From NCBI GenBank assembly GCA_963704755.1, contig OY969938.1, positions 3,090,001 to 3,122,000 of the forward strand: a stretch of 32,000 nucleotides of DNA, read 5' to 3'. Position numbers and translations under genes: made by a program. Below are positions 1-9,059 of this stretch, in pieces; the stretch's first letter is position 1; every line of letters starts with the position of its first letter. This DNA is from an uncultured Chloroflexia bacterium (GTDB lineage Bacteria > Chloroflexota > Anaerolineae > Anaerolineales > Anaerolineaceae). Below the pieces are notes generated by a model. It had not been told where the DNA came from. It ran no database searches and saw only the letters and a list, made by a program, of their open reading frames with translations.

Positions 1-127
1 TATGCTGCAAAGCCAGTTTGCTGCTTTGGAAGAACCGCCGGATGCTTTTACGGTGGATATCACCCCGCCGGTAGAAGAAATCGTCAAGCAGATTTTGGCC
101 GGTTTGTTCGCTCAACAAGCGGGATAA
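1..127 (+). CDS. gntK: gluconokinase, C-terminal end (gene starts upstream of window)
   Basis: Frame 2 is open from the window edge to TAA 125-127. The translation MLQSQFAALEEPPDAFTVDITPP... carries the SQFxxLEEP motif typical of the C-terminal part of GntK-type gluconokinases. It lies directly upstream of a 6-phosphogluconate dehydrogenase gene. Confidence 0.5.
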   Translation, partial: MLQSQFAALEEPPDAFTVDITPPVEEIVKQILAGLFAQQAG

Positions 128-174
128 ATTTTGTTGGGTCTGTAATTGGGAAGATTTGCCAAAGGAGGATTACG

Positions 175-1089
175 ATGAAAGTTGCCGTTATTGGTCTGGG
201 AAAAATGGGTTTGAATATCTCTCACCGGCTGATGAATGCCGGCCATACTGTAGTTGCTTTTGATATTAATTCAGATGCGGTCAAAGCCGCTGCAGAATTG
301 GGTGCGCAGGGAGCGGACAGCCTGGAAAAAGCCGTGACGCTGCTCGAACAGCCGCGTGTGTTTTGGGTTATGCTGCCGGCCGGAAAAATTACCGATGATA
401 CCCTGGATACGCTCTCCGGGTATCTGGCAGCCGGGGACATCCTTATCGACGGAGGTAATTCCAATTACAAGGATTCCATGCAGCAGGCGCAGAAACTGGC
501 TCAAAAGGGGATCACTTTGCTGGACGTGGGGGTCAGTGGTGGGGTGTGGGGCCTGAGCGAGGGCTACAGCATGATGGTCGGCGGGCCGGATGAGGCTGTG
601 GCGCACTGCCGGCCGCTGTTCGAGACCCTGGCGCCGGCGCCGGACCAGGGTTGGGCTCACGTGGGTCCGTCCGGATCCGGGCATTACGTCAAGATGGTGC
701 ATAACGGCATCGAATACGGCCTTATGCAGGCCTACGCCGAGGGGTTCGAGGTGCTCAAGACCCGCCAGGAATTTGGCCTGGACCTGCACCAGGTGGCCGA
801 GGTCTGGCGCTTTGGCAGCGTCATCCGCTCCTGGCTGCTGGATCTGGTCAGCGAAACCCTGGCGGATGAGAAGACCCTGTCTGAGATCCAGCCCTGGGTG
901 CCGGATTCGGGTGAAGGCCGCTGGACGGCCGCCGAAGCCATCGACCTGGGCGTGCCGGCCCCGGTGATCACCCTGGCGCTGCAGATGCGCTTCGCCTCCC
1001 GCGACGAGAAGAACTTCTCGGCCGTATTGGTGGCCGCCATGCGCAACAAGTTTGGCGGGCATGCCGTAAAAACCAATCCAGAGGCTTAG
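175..1089 (+). CDS. gnd: 6-phosphogluconate dehydrogenase, decarboxylating, short (~300 aa) form
   Basis: 304-aa ORF with an AAGGAGG RBS upstream. N-terminal Rossmann motif VIGLGKMG, plus GGNSNY, GVSGG and GHYVKMVHNGIEYG motifs characteristic of 6PGDH. Confidence 0.9.
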   Translation: MKVAVIGLGKMGLNISHRLMNAGHTVVAFDINSDAVKAAAELGAQGADSLEKAVTLLEQPRVFWVMLPAGKITDDTLDTLSGYLAAGDILIDGGNSNYKDSMQQAQKLAQKGITLLDVGVSGGVWGLSEGYSMMVGGPDEAVAHCRPLFETLAPAPDQGWAHVGPSGSGHYVKMVHNGIEYGLMQAYAEGFEVLKTRQEFGLDLHQVAEVWRFGSVIRSWLLDLVSETLADEKTLSEIQPWVPDSGEGRWTAAEAIDLGVPAPVITLALQMRFASRDEKNFSAVLVAAMRNKFGGHAVKTNPEA

Positions 1090-1140
1090 TTTTCATAAAG
1101 CGATGAATCCGAGGCAACCGCTCTGCCGAATGGGTAAGAA

Positions 1141-1197
1141 TCCCGAATTTGAGGTGTTTGCAGAGGCAAAGCCTCCGCAAACACCTCAAATTCGGGA
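1141..1197. repeat. 57-nt hairpin repeat, family 1, copy A (27-bp stem, AAA loop, one A/C mismatch)
   Basis: tcccgaatttgaggtgtttgcagaggc-aaa-gcctccgcaaacacctcaaattcggga. It sits ~50 nt after the gnd stop. A cognate copy lies at 3243-3297. Confidence 0.85.
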
Positions 1198-1315
1198 ACT
1201 TTCTAACAAGAGCCTGAATAGTTACCCAAAAACAATAAAAGCTCCCGCATCTTCTGAACCTGCCTGAGCAGTTGCAATCCAAGTTCATTCTTGAGTTGCA
1301 TTTTCTTGTATCTGT

Positions 1316-1344
1316 TTGACAATTTTGCAGTTTATCTGTAAAAT
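1316..1344 (+). promoter_or_regulatory. candidate sigma70-type promoter of the ATPase/RloB module
   Basis: TTGACA (1316-1321), a 17-nt spacer, then TAAAAT (1339-1344), ~25 nt upstream of ATG 1369. Consensus-like, but predicted by eye only. Confidence 0.45.
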
Positions 1345-1368
1345 TGTCGTATAGATCAGGAGAATCTC

Positions 1369-2589
1369 ATGTTAATCGAATTCCGGCTCAAGAATGTATT
1401 TTGTTTTAAAGACGAACAGGTCTTTTCGCTGGTAGCCACGAAAGATAAAAGCTTGACCGAAAACGTCATCTCTAAAGGTGGCGGCAATAAATTAAATTTG
1501 CTTCGCAGCGCTGTGGTTTATGGCGCCAATGCCTCAGGAAAAACCAAGTTAATTTGGGCTTTATACGGAATGGCGAAATTCGTCGCCGATTCTGCAACCC
1601 AGAAGGCCGATTACAATCCGTTTATTGCTCCGTTCATATTTGATCAGGAAACAGGCACATCCCCTTCTGAAATCGAAATCACCTTTGTTAACCAGGGAAT
1701 TCGCTATCAATACGGATTTTCCTTCGTCCGCGGAAAGGTGATCCAGGAATACCTGAATGCGGCACCCCGTGGTGTTACTGTGCCCTATTTTCAAAGAACT
1801 TTCGATGAAGCCGCCGAGAACAGCCAATACCAATTTGGGGCCTCATTTAAGAAGAACGATTATTTACCAAAGGCTACCAAAAACAACGCCTTGTTTTTAT
1901 CGATTGGCGGTGTTTTCGAACACCCCCAGCTTAAACCGGCTTTCGACTGGTTTCAAAAGTTGAATATTTTTCCCAGCCCCCATTACAACAATTGGGCCAC
2001 CTTTACAGATGACAATCATTCATCACTGAAAGAATTGCTCCGTTTTTCGGATTTTGGGATAATTGATTTCAAACTGGAAGAAAAGAGAGAGGGAGAAGAA
2101 AAGCCCATCCAGGAAAGGATTAAAACCACTCACAAAATTGCTGGTGGAAATTCCAGCCTGGATATTCCGCTAGAAATGGAGTCCGATGGCACGATTCGTA
2201 CAATGAACCTGGGGGCAGACATTCTTGATGCCCTGGAAAAAGGCAAGATATTCATCGTTGATGAGCTCGATTCATCCCTCCACCCCCTGTTGGTCAGGAG
2301 CATCATCGAAATGTTCCACAATCCCGAGATCAACAAGAACAATGCTCAATTGATCTTCAATACTCACGACACCACCTTGCTGGACCAAACCCTCTTCCGG
2401 CGCGACCAGGTCTGGTTCACGGAAAAGGATGCGGAAGGCGCCGCTCATCTTTATTCATTGAGCGAATACAGCCCACGCAAGGGCGAGGCTCTGGCAAAGG
2501 GCTATCTGCAAGGGCGCTACGGGGCAATCCCATTCCTGGGTGAACCATCCTTGATCTTTACCAGGGGCGAAGCAGATGCCCAGGGTTAA
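1369..2589 (+). CDS. AAA/ABC-type ATPase (AAA_15/AAA_21-like; RloA/AbiLi-like)
   Basis: 406-aa ORF with AGGAG 6 nt upstream of the ATG. Walker A GANASGKT, Walker B/D-loop IFIVDELDSSLHP and H-loop-like FNTHD. Markedly lower GC than the flanks. Coupled to an RloB-family gene. Confidence 0.8.
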   Translation: MLIEFRLKNVFCFKDEQVFSLVATKDKSLTENVISKGGGNKLNLLRSAVVYGANASGKTKLIWALYGMAKFVADSATQKADYNPFIAPFIFDQETGTSPSEIEITFVNQGIRYQYGFSFVRGKVIQEYLNAAPRGVTVPYFQRTFDEAAENSQYQFGASFKKNDYLPKATKNNALFLSIGGVFEHPQLKPAFDWFQKLNIFPSPHYNNWATFTDDNHSSLKELLRFSDFGIIDFKLEEKREGEEKPIQERIKTTHKIAGGNSSLDIPLEMESDGTIRTMNLGADILDALEKGKIFIVDELDSSLHPLLVRSIIEMFHNPEINKNNAQLIFNTHDTTLLDQTLFRRDQVWFTEKDAEGAAHLYSLSEYSPRKGEALAKGYLQGRYGAIPFLGEPSLIFTRGEADAQG

Positions 2590-3235
2590 AAAGACTTCAG
2601 GCAGGAATCCGCCTCTTCATGCCCATCGGCGTGAAAGCGATTACCAGCGCCGGCCGGGGAGAAAGCCCCCACGAGGTACCTTTCTGATTGTTTGCGAAAG
2701 CAGCCAGACGGAACCCAATTATTTCGAAAGCCTGCGTGAGGCTAAAAGACTGGCAAATATGAAAGTAATAAAGGGTCGGGGTCGGATTCCACTGGCAAGA
2801 TTGCTTCAGGTTGCAGAAAACGAAATGCTTAAACTGGATTGGAACCCCAATTTAGATCAGGCCTGGTGTATTTTCGACATCGAGAGGGAAGGAACTCACT
2901 CAGACTTGGAAGAAATTCGGGCCATTGCAAAGCAGAAAAAGATCTATTTGGGGGTTTCCAATCCATGTTTCGAGTATTGGTTCTTGTTACACTTTGCAAA
3001 GACAGGTAAGCCGTATATGGATGCGAACGAATTAATTCGTGACCTATACCAACACTTGCCCGGCTACGAGAAGTCACAAGACCACTTCAGCATTCTAAAG
3101 GAGCGCACAAGCCTTGCCCTGCAATATTCAGAGGAGCTGCGCTCTTTGAGCGAGAACAATTGGGACGATTTTCCCAATCCTTCCTCAACGGTCGACCAAT
3201 TGGTCCGCTTGATTTGGACAGGGGTGCCAGTTTGA
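2576..3235 (+). CDS. RloB-family protein (Toprim-like; AbiLii-like)
   Basis: 219-aa ORF. ATG 2576 overlaps the ATPase stop by 14 nt. LIVCESSQTEPNYF matches the RloB N-terminal signature (CEGxxTEPxYF) and SNPCFEYWFLLHF matches the conserved RloB C-terminal motif. Confidence 0.8.
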   Translation: MPRVKKTSGRNPPLHAHRRESDYQRRPGRKPPRGTFLIVCESSQTEPNYFESLREAKRLANMKVIKGRGRIPLARLLQVAENEMLKLDWNPNLDQAWCIFDIEREGTHSDLEEIRAIAKQKKIYLGVSNPCFEYWFLLHFAKTGKPYMDANELIRDLYQHLPGYEKSQDHFSILKERTSLALQYSEELRSLSENNWDDFPNPSSTVDQLVRLIWTGVPV

Positions 3236-3242
3236 AGGAGTT

Positions 3243-3297
3243 CCCTAATTTGAGGTATTTGCAAGAGCTTCACTCTCGCAAATACCTCAAATTAGGG
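3243..3297. repeat. hairpin repeat, family 1, copy B
   Basis: ccctaatttgaggtatttgcaagag-cttca-ctctcgcaaatacctcaaattaggg, 8 nt after the rloB-like stop. Same architecture as 1141-1197, with paired (compensatory) substitutions in both arms and the same A/C mismatch position. Confidence 0.85.
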
Positions 3298-3362
3298 GTT
3301 CGTATCCATCAGGTTGAGCAGTACCATAGTAAAATGCTTTAAGATTGCATGGGAGGATAATC

Positions 3363-4346
3363 ATGAAATACAGGATATTAGGCCGTACGGGTTGGCAGGT
3401 TTCAACTATCAGTTTTGGCTCCTGGGCCATTGGCAGCGCCTGGGGGGATGTGGACGACCGGGAATCGCTGGAGGCCTTACGGCGGGCGGCCGACCTGGGG
3501 GTCAACTTTTTCGACACCGCCGACGTCTATGGCGACGGGCGCTCGGAGCGCCTGCTGGCCAAACTAAAAAAGGAACGCAAAGAAGAGATTCACATAGCCA
3601 CCAAGGCCGGCCGGCGGCTGGACCCGCACGTGGCGGCCGGCTACAACCGCGCCAACCTGACCGCCTTTGTGGAGCGCAGCCTCAAAAACCTGGACGTGGA
3701 GTCGCTGGACCTGCTGCAACTGCACTGCCCGCCGACCGAAGTGTATTATCAGCCGGAGGTGTTCGGGGTGCTGGATGACCTGGTCTCGCAGGGCAAGCTG
3801 CGCAATTACGGGGTCAGTGTCGAGAAGGTCGAAGAGGCCCTCAAGGCCGTCGAGTACCCGGGCGTGCAAACCGTGCAGATCATCTTCAACATCTTCCGCC
3901 AGCGCCCGGCCGAGCTGTTCTTTGGCCAGGCCAGGGCCCGCCAGGTAGGCATTCTGGCGCGTGTGCCGCTGGCCTCGGGCCTGCTGACCGGCAAAATGAG
4001 CGCAGCCAGCACCTTTTCGGCCGGCGATCACCGCAATTACAACCGCCACGGTAAATCCTTCGACCGCGGCGAAACCTTCTCCGGGGTGGACTACGAGTTG
4101 GGCCTGCGAGCCGTGGACGAGCTGCGCGAGCTGGTCCCGGCCGGCTGGAGCATGGCCGAGTTTGCTTTGCGCTGGATTCTGATGTTCGACGCGGTCACCT
4201 GCGCTATTCCAGGCGCCAAACGGCCGTCCCAGGCCGAGGACAACTGTAAAGCGGCCGACTTAGCCCCACTTTCGACGGACGTGATGGACAAAATCAAAGC
4301 GATCTACGATGGGCGCATCCGCGCCGGGGTGCACCAGTACTGGTAG
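3363..4346 (+). CDS. aldo/keto reductase family oxidoreductase
   Basis: The ORF track starts at TTG 3345. I prefer ATG 3363 (MKYRILGRTG...), which has a GGGAGG RBS at 3351-3356. AKR motifs present: FGSWAIG, FFDTADVYGDGRSE, LRNYGVSV, PLASGLLTGK. Confidence 0.9.
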   Translation: MKYRILGRTGWQVSTISFGSWAIGSAWGDVDDRESLEALRRAADLGVNFFDTADVYGDGRSERLLAKLKKERKEEIHIATKAGRRLDPHVAAGYNRANLTAFVERSLKNLDVESLDLLQLHCPPTEVYYQPEVFGVLDDLVSQGKLRNYGVSVEKVEEALKAVEYPGVQTVQIIFNIFRQRPAELFFGQARARQVGILARVPLASGLLTGKMSAASTFSAGDHRNYNRHGKSFDRGETFSGVDYELGLRAVDELRELVPAGWSMAEFALRWILMFDAVTCAIPGAKRPSQAEDNCKAADLAPLSTDVMDKIKAIYDGRIRAGVHQYW

Positions 4347-4358
4347 ATCGTGGACTTT

Positions 4359-4417
4359 AGGGGTGTTTTTATTGTTTTTCACGTGCGAAGCATGTGAAAA
4401 ACAATAAAAACACCCCT
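4359..4417. repeat. hairpin repeat, family 2, copy A (28-bp stem, GAA loop); possible bidirectional terminator between convergent genes
   Basis: aggggtgtttttattgtttttcacgtgc-gaa-gcatgtgaaaaacaataaaaacacccct, with one G-T wobble. Located between the AKR stop (4346, +) and the lipoprotein stop (4504, -). A cognate copy lies at 12395-12463. Confidence 0.8.
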
Positions 4418-4503
4418 ACCTCTTACGAAAGCCAGGTAATCGACAAATTAAATATAGAGTACCGGTCGTGTTGCGACCGGTACTCTATATTAAAAACCAA
4501 AGC

Positions 4504-5346
4504 CTATCCCTCCGGTGTGGGAGTGGATTGCTCCATCGCAGGGGGAACTTCGGGGGTGGGGGTCGCAACCCCGGCCCGTTCGCTGAGCACGTTGATGATC
4601 GGGCTCAACAGCATCATCGGAATGGAAGCCGTGCGGGCCCTCATTTCAGCGACCTGGGTAGCCATCTGTGGATTCTCGGTACCCTGGGCCGAAGCGTTCG
4701 CGCCGGTGAAATTACCGCCACCAGCACCACCACCGGCGAACCCGCCGCCACCAGCACCACCGCTAGGGAAGCCACCGCCACCAGCACCACCACCGGAAGG
4801 TGCAACACCACCGGGGAAGCCACCGCCGGCATCCGGCCCACCCTGGGGGAAGGAGCCGTCGTCCGGGAAACCGCCGGTGCTGGTGCCGGTATCGGTACCG
4901 CTGGCGTTAGGCATCTGGTTATAACCCAGGTCGGAAAGGATGCTCTGCATGCTGTCCTGGGTGATGTTCATCTCGTTGATCGCCTGCATCTGGTCGCTGG
5001 TCAGCTCCTGCTCGATCTGTTGATAGACCGCGTCGATTTCGCTTTCGGTGATCGTGTCGCTGGAGGCAAAACTGCGCACCGCTTTCCACAACGGGAGCAG
5101 TTGGGTGGCCTGATCTTTGGTCACGGCCAGGTCGGTGCCTTCCAACTTGAGGGTGCCGGCTGCCAGGATCAACCCCTCGGACGCCTGCCCGCTGCTGGTG
5201 GAACTGCTGTCCACCTGAGTACCATTATTATCCGCGGACGATTGGGTATCGCTCGCTTGATTCTGGGTAGCCGTAGCGTTTCCGCCGCAGGCTGCCAGCA
5301 TTGTCAGGATCAAGACGACCACAATGCTCGTAAAAACTTTTTTCAT
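4504..5346 (-). CDS. secreted lipoprotein with Gly-rich low-complexity C-terminal region, function unknown
   Basis: 280-aa ORF. Signal peptide plus lipobox (MKKVFTSIVVVLILTMLAAC-GG), then a Ser/Thr/Gln-rich linker, a helical middle part and GGAGGGGF(P/A)x repeats. It is the last gene of the MFP/MacB operon. Confidence 0.75.
   Translation of the reverse strand: MKKVFTSIVVVLILTMLAACGGNATATQNQASDTQSSADNNGTQVDSSSTSSGQASEGLILAAGTLKLEGTDLAVTKDQATQLLPLWKAVRSFASSDTITESEIDAVYQQIEQELTSDQMQAINEMNITQDSMQSILSDLGYNQMPNASGTDTGTSTGGFPDDGSFPQGGPDAGGGFPGGVAPSGGGAGGGGFPSGGAGGGGFAGGGAGGGNFTGANASAQGTENPQMATQVAEMRARTASIPMMLLSPIINVLSERAGVATPTPEVPPAMEQSTPTPEG
4715..4804 (-). repeat. in-frame 30-nt x 3 coding repeat (GGAGGGGFxx decapeptide) inside the lipoprotein gene
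   Basis: ccgccaccagcaccacc recurs at 4715, 4745 and 4775 on the + strand (period 30 nt). Confidence 0.8.
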
Positions 5347-5407
5347 TCTTAAGTTTCCTTTCTTAAATTTTTGTAACTTGTCGAGATTTCTTTAAATAAG
5401 AGGTGAT

Positions 5408-5452
5408 TTGTAGGTAAGTTTTCGTGGCTACGCCACGAAAACTTACCTACAA
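5408..5452. repeat. perfect 21-bp-stem hairpin between the permease and lipoprotein genes
   Basis: ttgtaggtaagttttcgtggc-tac-gccacgaaaacttacctacaa. Intra-operonic, so possibly an attenuator or an mRNA-stabilising element. Confidence 0.7.
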
Positions 5453-5459
5453 AAGCTTT

Positions 5460-6698
5460 TTAATCGTGGCGCAGCGCTTCGATAGGATCCAACTGGGCGG
5501 CCCGTTGAGCCGGGATATACCCGAAGATGATTCCAACCAGGGCAGCGGAGGTAAAGGACAGCAAGATGGAGTACGGTAAAATCACCGTCCGCATCCCGCC
5601 AAACTGCCCAAACAGGATACTGCCGCCGATACCGCCCAAGACTCCGATCAACCCGCCGATCAGGCTGAGCATCAGGGCCTCCGACAGGAACTGGATCTGC
5701 ACATCGCCGGGTGTGGCGCCGATGGCCTGCCGTAAGCCGATCTCGCGGGTCCGTTCGGTGACGCTAACCAGCATGATGTTCATGATGCCAATACCGCCGA
5801 CCAACAAGGACACCGCAGCGACCCAGGTCAGCAGGGTACGGAAGGAAGACGTGGTCAATTCCTGGGCGGAGATGATGTCTTCCTGGGTCTGGATGGTAAA
5901 GTCGAGGCTGTCGGTGCTGACGTCGTGCCGTTTGGCCAGGAGCAGAGTCGTTTGCAGGATGACCGAATCCATGTTGGCGTCTTTATCCACAGCCACATAG
6001 ATGGTATTGATGCTGTCGCCCATGAAACGGGCAAACATGGAAGGCATGTACTTATCAAAGACCAGCGTGATGGGCACGTACATCTGGGTGTCGAAATCTA
6101 CGCCGGAAACCAGGCCCTTGGGAGCCATGACCCCGACCACGGTCAGCTTGATATCGCCCACGGTGATCAGTTGGCCGATTGGGTCGCTGGTGCCGAACAG
6201 TTCCGTGGCCAGATCGCTGCCCAGCACGACCACTTTGGCCGATTTATCCAGGTCGCTGCTGGTGACAAAGCGCCCATCGCCCAGGTCCACGTCGCGGACG
6301 GTCAGGTAGTCGGGGGTGGTGCCGATCAGAGAGATGTCGTCCAGGGTGATGTCGCTGTACTTGACGGTTTCGGTGGTGTTTTGCTCGACAGCCACACCGT
6401 CCAAACCGGAGATGCTGTCGCGGATGGCGGCCACGTCGTCATAGACCAGGCCGGTCCCGGATGAGGAGCTGGATTGCCCGGGCATCATCCGGTTCATCCC
6501 CGACGAGCGGATATAGATCAGGTTCGTCCCCAACCCGGTGATCGCATCGGAGATGCTCGCTTCGGTACCGGCGCTGATCGACATCATGACGATCACAGCC
6601 GCCACACCGATAATTACACCGAGCATGGTGAGGATCGAGCGCGATTTATTCGATAAAAGGCTTTTCCAGGCCACCCGGATGAGTTCAACTATTAACAT
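5460..6698 (-). CDS. MacB-type ABC transporter permease (FtsX family)
   Basis: N-terminal TM helix, a large extracytoplasmic domain and a C-terminal FtsX-type TM bundle (RTREIGLRQAIGA motif). The ORF track start at 6710 is GTG. ATG 6698 is preceded by GAGGA and overlaps the ATPase stop. Confidence 0.85.
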   Translation of the reverse strand: MLIVELIRVAWKSLLSNKSRSILTMLGVIIGVAAVIVMMSISAGTEASISDAITGLGTNLIYIRSSGMNRMMPGQSSSSSGTGLVYDDVAAIRDSISGLDGVAVEQNTTETVKYSDITLDDISLIGTTPDYLTVRDVDLGDGRFVTSSDLDKSAKVVVLGSDLATELFGTSDPIGQLITVGDIKLTVVGVMAPKGLVSGVDFDTQMYVPITLVFDKYMPSMFARFMGDSINTIYVAVDKDANMDSVILQTTLLLAKRHDVSTDSLDFTIQTQEDIISAQELTTSSFRTLLTWVAAVSLLVGGIGIMNIMLVSVTERTREIGLRQAIGATPGDVQIQFLSEALMLSLIGGLIGVLGGIGGSILFGQFGGMRTVILPYSILLSFTSAALVGIIFGYIPAQRAAQLDPIEALRHD

Positions 6699-7458
6699 GG
6701 TGTTCCTCACTCGATTTCAAAGATTTTTGATATGCTTCTTTCGCCTGGTAAGCGGTGTGCCCGTTCTTGCGATCCGAGTCCAGCTTGCCATCGCGAATAT
6801 AGATGATTCGTTGGGTATGCAAGGCGATATCGGGTTCGTGGGTGACCATGACGATGGTGCGGCCGCGGTCGTGCAGTTGGTGCAGCAAATCCATGATCTC
6901 CAGGCTGGATTGGGTATCCAGGTTGCCGGTAGGCTCGTCAGCCAGGATCATGATGGGGTCGTTGATCAGCGCCCGGGCAATGGCCACACGCTGCTGCTGC
7001 CCACCGGAGAGTTCTTTAGGCAGGTGATGCATCCGTTCGGTCAGGCCCACATCTTCGATGGCCGCTTCGGCGATTTCCCGGCGCGAGGCCATATCTTTGC
7101 GGTCCTGCCGTTCGTACATCAGCGGCAGCATGACATTTTCCAGGGCATTCATGCGTGGCAGCAGGTTGTAGGACTGAAAGACAAATCCAAGCCTGCGGTT
7201 GCGCACCTGGGCCAGTTCGGCCCGCGTCATCCCGCTGACGTCTTCGCCGGCCAGGAGGTATTGCCCTTCGGTAGGCCGGTCCAGGCAGGCCAGGATGTTC
7301 ATCAGGGTGCTCTTGCCGGAACCGCTGGGGCCCATGATGGCCACAAACTCGCCCGCGTAGATTTTCATGTCAATCCCGTTCAAGGCGGTTACCTGGATCT
7401 GGGTGGTTCCATAAACTTTCTTTAGATTTTTCGTTTCGATAATGACTTCACTGGCCAT
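6685..7458 (-). CDS. MacB-type ABC transporter ATP-binding protein
   Basis: Walker [10 protein letters not shown], signature [15 protein letters not shown], Walker [13 protein letters not shown]-loop VTHE. The start overlaps the upstream MFP stop by 11 nt. Confidence 0.95.
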   Translation of the reverse strand: MASEVIIETKNLKKVYGTTQIQVTALNGIDMKIYAGEFVAIMGPSGSGKSTLMNILACLDRPTEGQYLLAGEDVSGMTRAELAQVRNRRLGFVFQSYNLLPRMNALENVMLPLMYERQDRKDMASRREIAEAAIEDVGLTERMHHLPKELSGGQQQRVAIARALINDPIMILADEPTGNLDTQSSLEIMDLLHQLHDRGRTIVMVTHEPDIALHTQRIIYIRDGKLDSDRKNGHTAYQAKEAYQKSLKSSEEHHVNS

Positions 7459-8890
7459 TGCTCACCTCAGAAATACCGGTCGAAACGACGTCGCCGACTT
7501 CCAGGCCGGATTTGACTTCAGCGTAGGAGTAGTCCATCAGGCCTACCTCGACGACGTGCATGGTTAGCTGGCCGTTCTCCACCACAAAGGCGGAGTAAGT
7601 GCCATCACCCAGGTCGGTCAGGGCCTCTACCGGGACGATGGGTACGTTTTCGGCTTTACCACCGATAATATCGACCGCAGCGCTGGCGTTGAGCGGCAGG
7701 TTCACATCCGCCGAGGCGTCGGATAGGTCGATTTCAGCCAGGCCCTCGACCACCATCGACCCGTTGACGCTCTGCAAGCTGGGATCGATCTGGGTGACCG
7801 TGCCCTCGAAAGTGGTGTCGGGCAGGATATCGAAGGTCACATCGGCTTCGTAGCCTACGGCCACGTTGGCCATGTCGGTCTCGTCCAGGTAGAACTGGAT
7901 TTTGGGATGCTCGAGATCGGCGATGGTGATGAAAGTACTCGTGCCGACGTCGTCACCGGCCTCGCCGGCTACCGACAAGATGGTCCCATCGAAAGGCGCG
8001 ACCAGCGTTCCGCCGGCAAGATTTTTTTGGGCCTGTTCCAGCGCCAGTTGAGCCGAAGACACCGCGTTTTCTTTTTCCAGCAGGGTATCGGGGTCGATGC
8101 CGCTGTTGGCTTTCAGCTCATCCAGGGTAGCCTGGGTGGTCTTTACATTGGCTTCGGCTTTGACCAGGTCGGCCTGGGATGAGGTGATTTCATAATCGGT
8201 GTAGCCGGAGCAATAAACGTACTGGTTGTAGTACTGGTTGCGCAGCGTCTCGATCGGCTGGATATTCGCGCGGTAATAGGCGCTGTCGTCGTACTGGCTC
8301 TGGGAATACTGGTTTAGTTCTTTTTGATAAAGCTGGTATTTCTGATAGTCATCATCGATGGTATCTTCGTCGCAGCGGGCCAGGCCGGTCCATTTCAGGC
8401 TGCTCTGGGCATCCGTGTAGGTCTCTTTGGCTTCGGCCAGGGCGACTTCAGCGTCGGCCAGGTTGGAGTTGGCGCTGCTCTCCAGGTCGGCCAGATCACT
8501 CTTGGCCGAAGCCAGGTTGACCGTGGCGGTGGTGACCGCATCCTGCAGGGTCTGGAGGTTTTCCGGGCTCAACTCGGCCAGCACGTCGCCTTTGGTGACC
8601 TTATCGCCCAGGCTCACGTTGAGCGTCTCAACTGTGCCGGAGGTAGAAAAGCTCAGGTCGCTTTCTTCCCCGGCGATCAGCGTTCCGGTGCCGGTGGCCG
8701 AGAGAACGATACTGCCGGTCCGCACTTTGGTCGTTTGATAATCCTGGCTTTCACCCTGGGCTGTGGGTGCCGGATGCAGCCAGAGGGAATATGCGCCATA
8801 CCCGCCCGCGGCCAGTAACAAAACCACTATTGTGATGATCCAGGGTTTGATTGTCTTCTTTTTCATACCATTTTTCATGTTTATCACCAT
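7448..8890 (-). CDS. HlyD-family membrane-fusion (periplasmic adaptor) protein, paralogue 3
   Basis: 480 aa. N-terminal TM anchor, lipoyl-like motif GDKVTKGDVLAEL, coiled-coil hairpin, APFDGTI motif and a beta-barrel C-terminal part. Start uncertain (ATG at 8890, 8878 or 8866). Confidence 0.85.
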   Translation of the reverse strand: MVINMKNGMKKKTIKPWIITIVVLLLAAGGYGAYSLWLHPAPTAQGESQDYQTTKVRTGSIVLSATGTGTLIAGEESDLSFSTSGTVETLNVSLGDKVTKGDVLAELSPENLQTLQDAVTTATVNLASAKSDLADLESSANSNLADAEVALAEAKETYTDAQSSLKWTGLARCDEDTIDDDYQKYQLYQKELNQYSQSQYDDSAYYRANIQPIETLRNQYYNQYVYCSGYTDYEITSSQADLVKAEANVKTTQATLDELKANSGIDPDTLLEKENAVSSAQLALEQAQKNLAGGTLVAPFDGTILSVAGEAGDDVGTSTFITIADLEHPKIQFYLDETDMANVAVGYEADVTFDILPDTTFEGTVTQIDPSLQSVNGSMVVEGLAEIDLSDASADVNLPLNASAAVDIIGGKAENVPIVPVEALTDLGDGTYSAFVVENGQLTMHVVEVGLMDYSYAEVKSGLEVGDVVSTGISEVSNGQ

Positions 8891-9059
8891 TCCTTCGTGT
8901 TCTGATGAAACTTTCGTATCTTCTCAATAATTCGGGGTGGATGGGGTGTTTTGGGCAGGTTTCACCCGCCCAAAACACCCCGCGCCCCATTTATCGAGAA
9001 GTTACAAACTTTGTATCTGCTTAGTTTTTCGTGCATAAGGTTGTGATTTTGCGATGGCC

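Noticed and set aside
4394-4924. Proline-rich ORF (PPPAPPPANPPPPAPP…) on the plus strand
   Set aside because: It is the reverse-complement reading of the Gly-rich repeat of the minus-strand lipoprotein, which has a proper signal peptide, lipobox and operon context.
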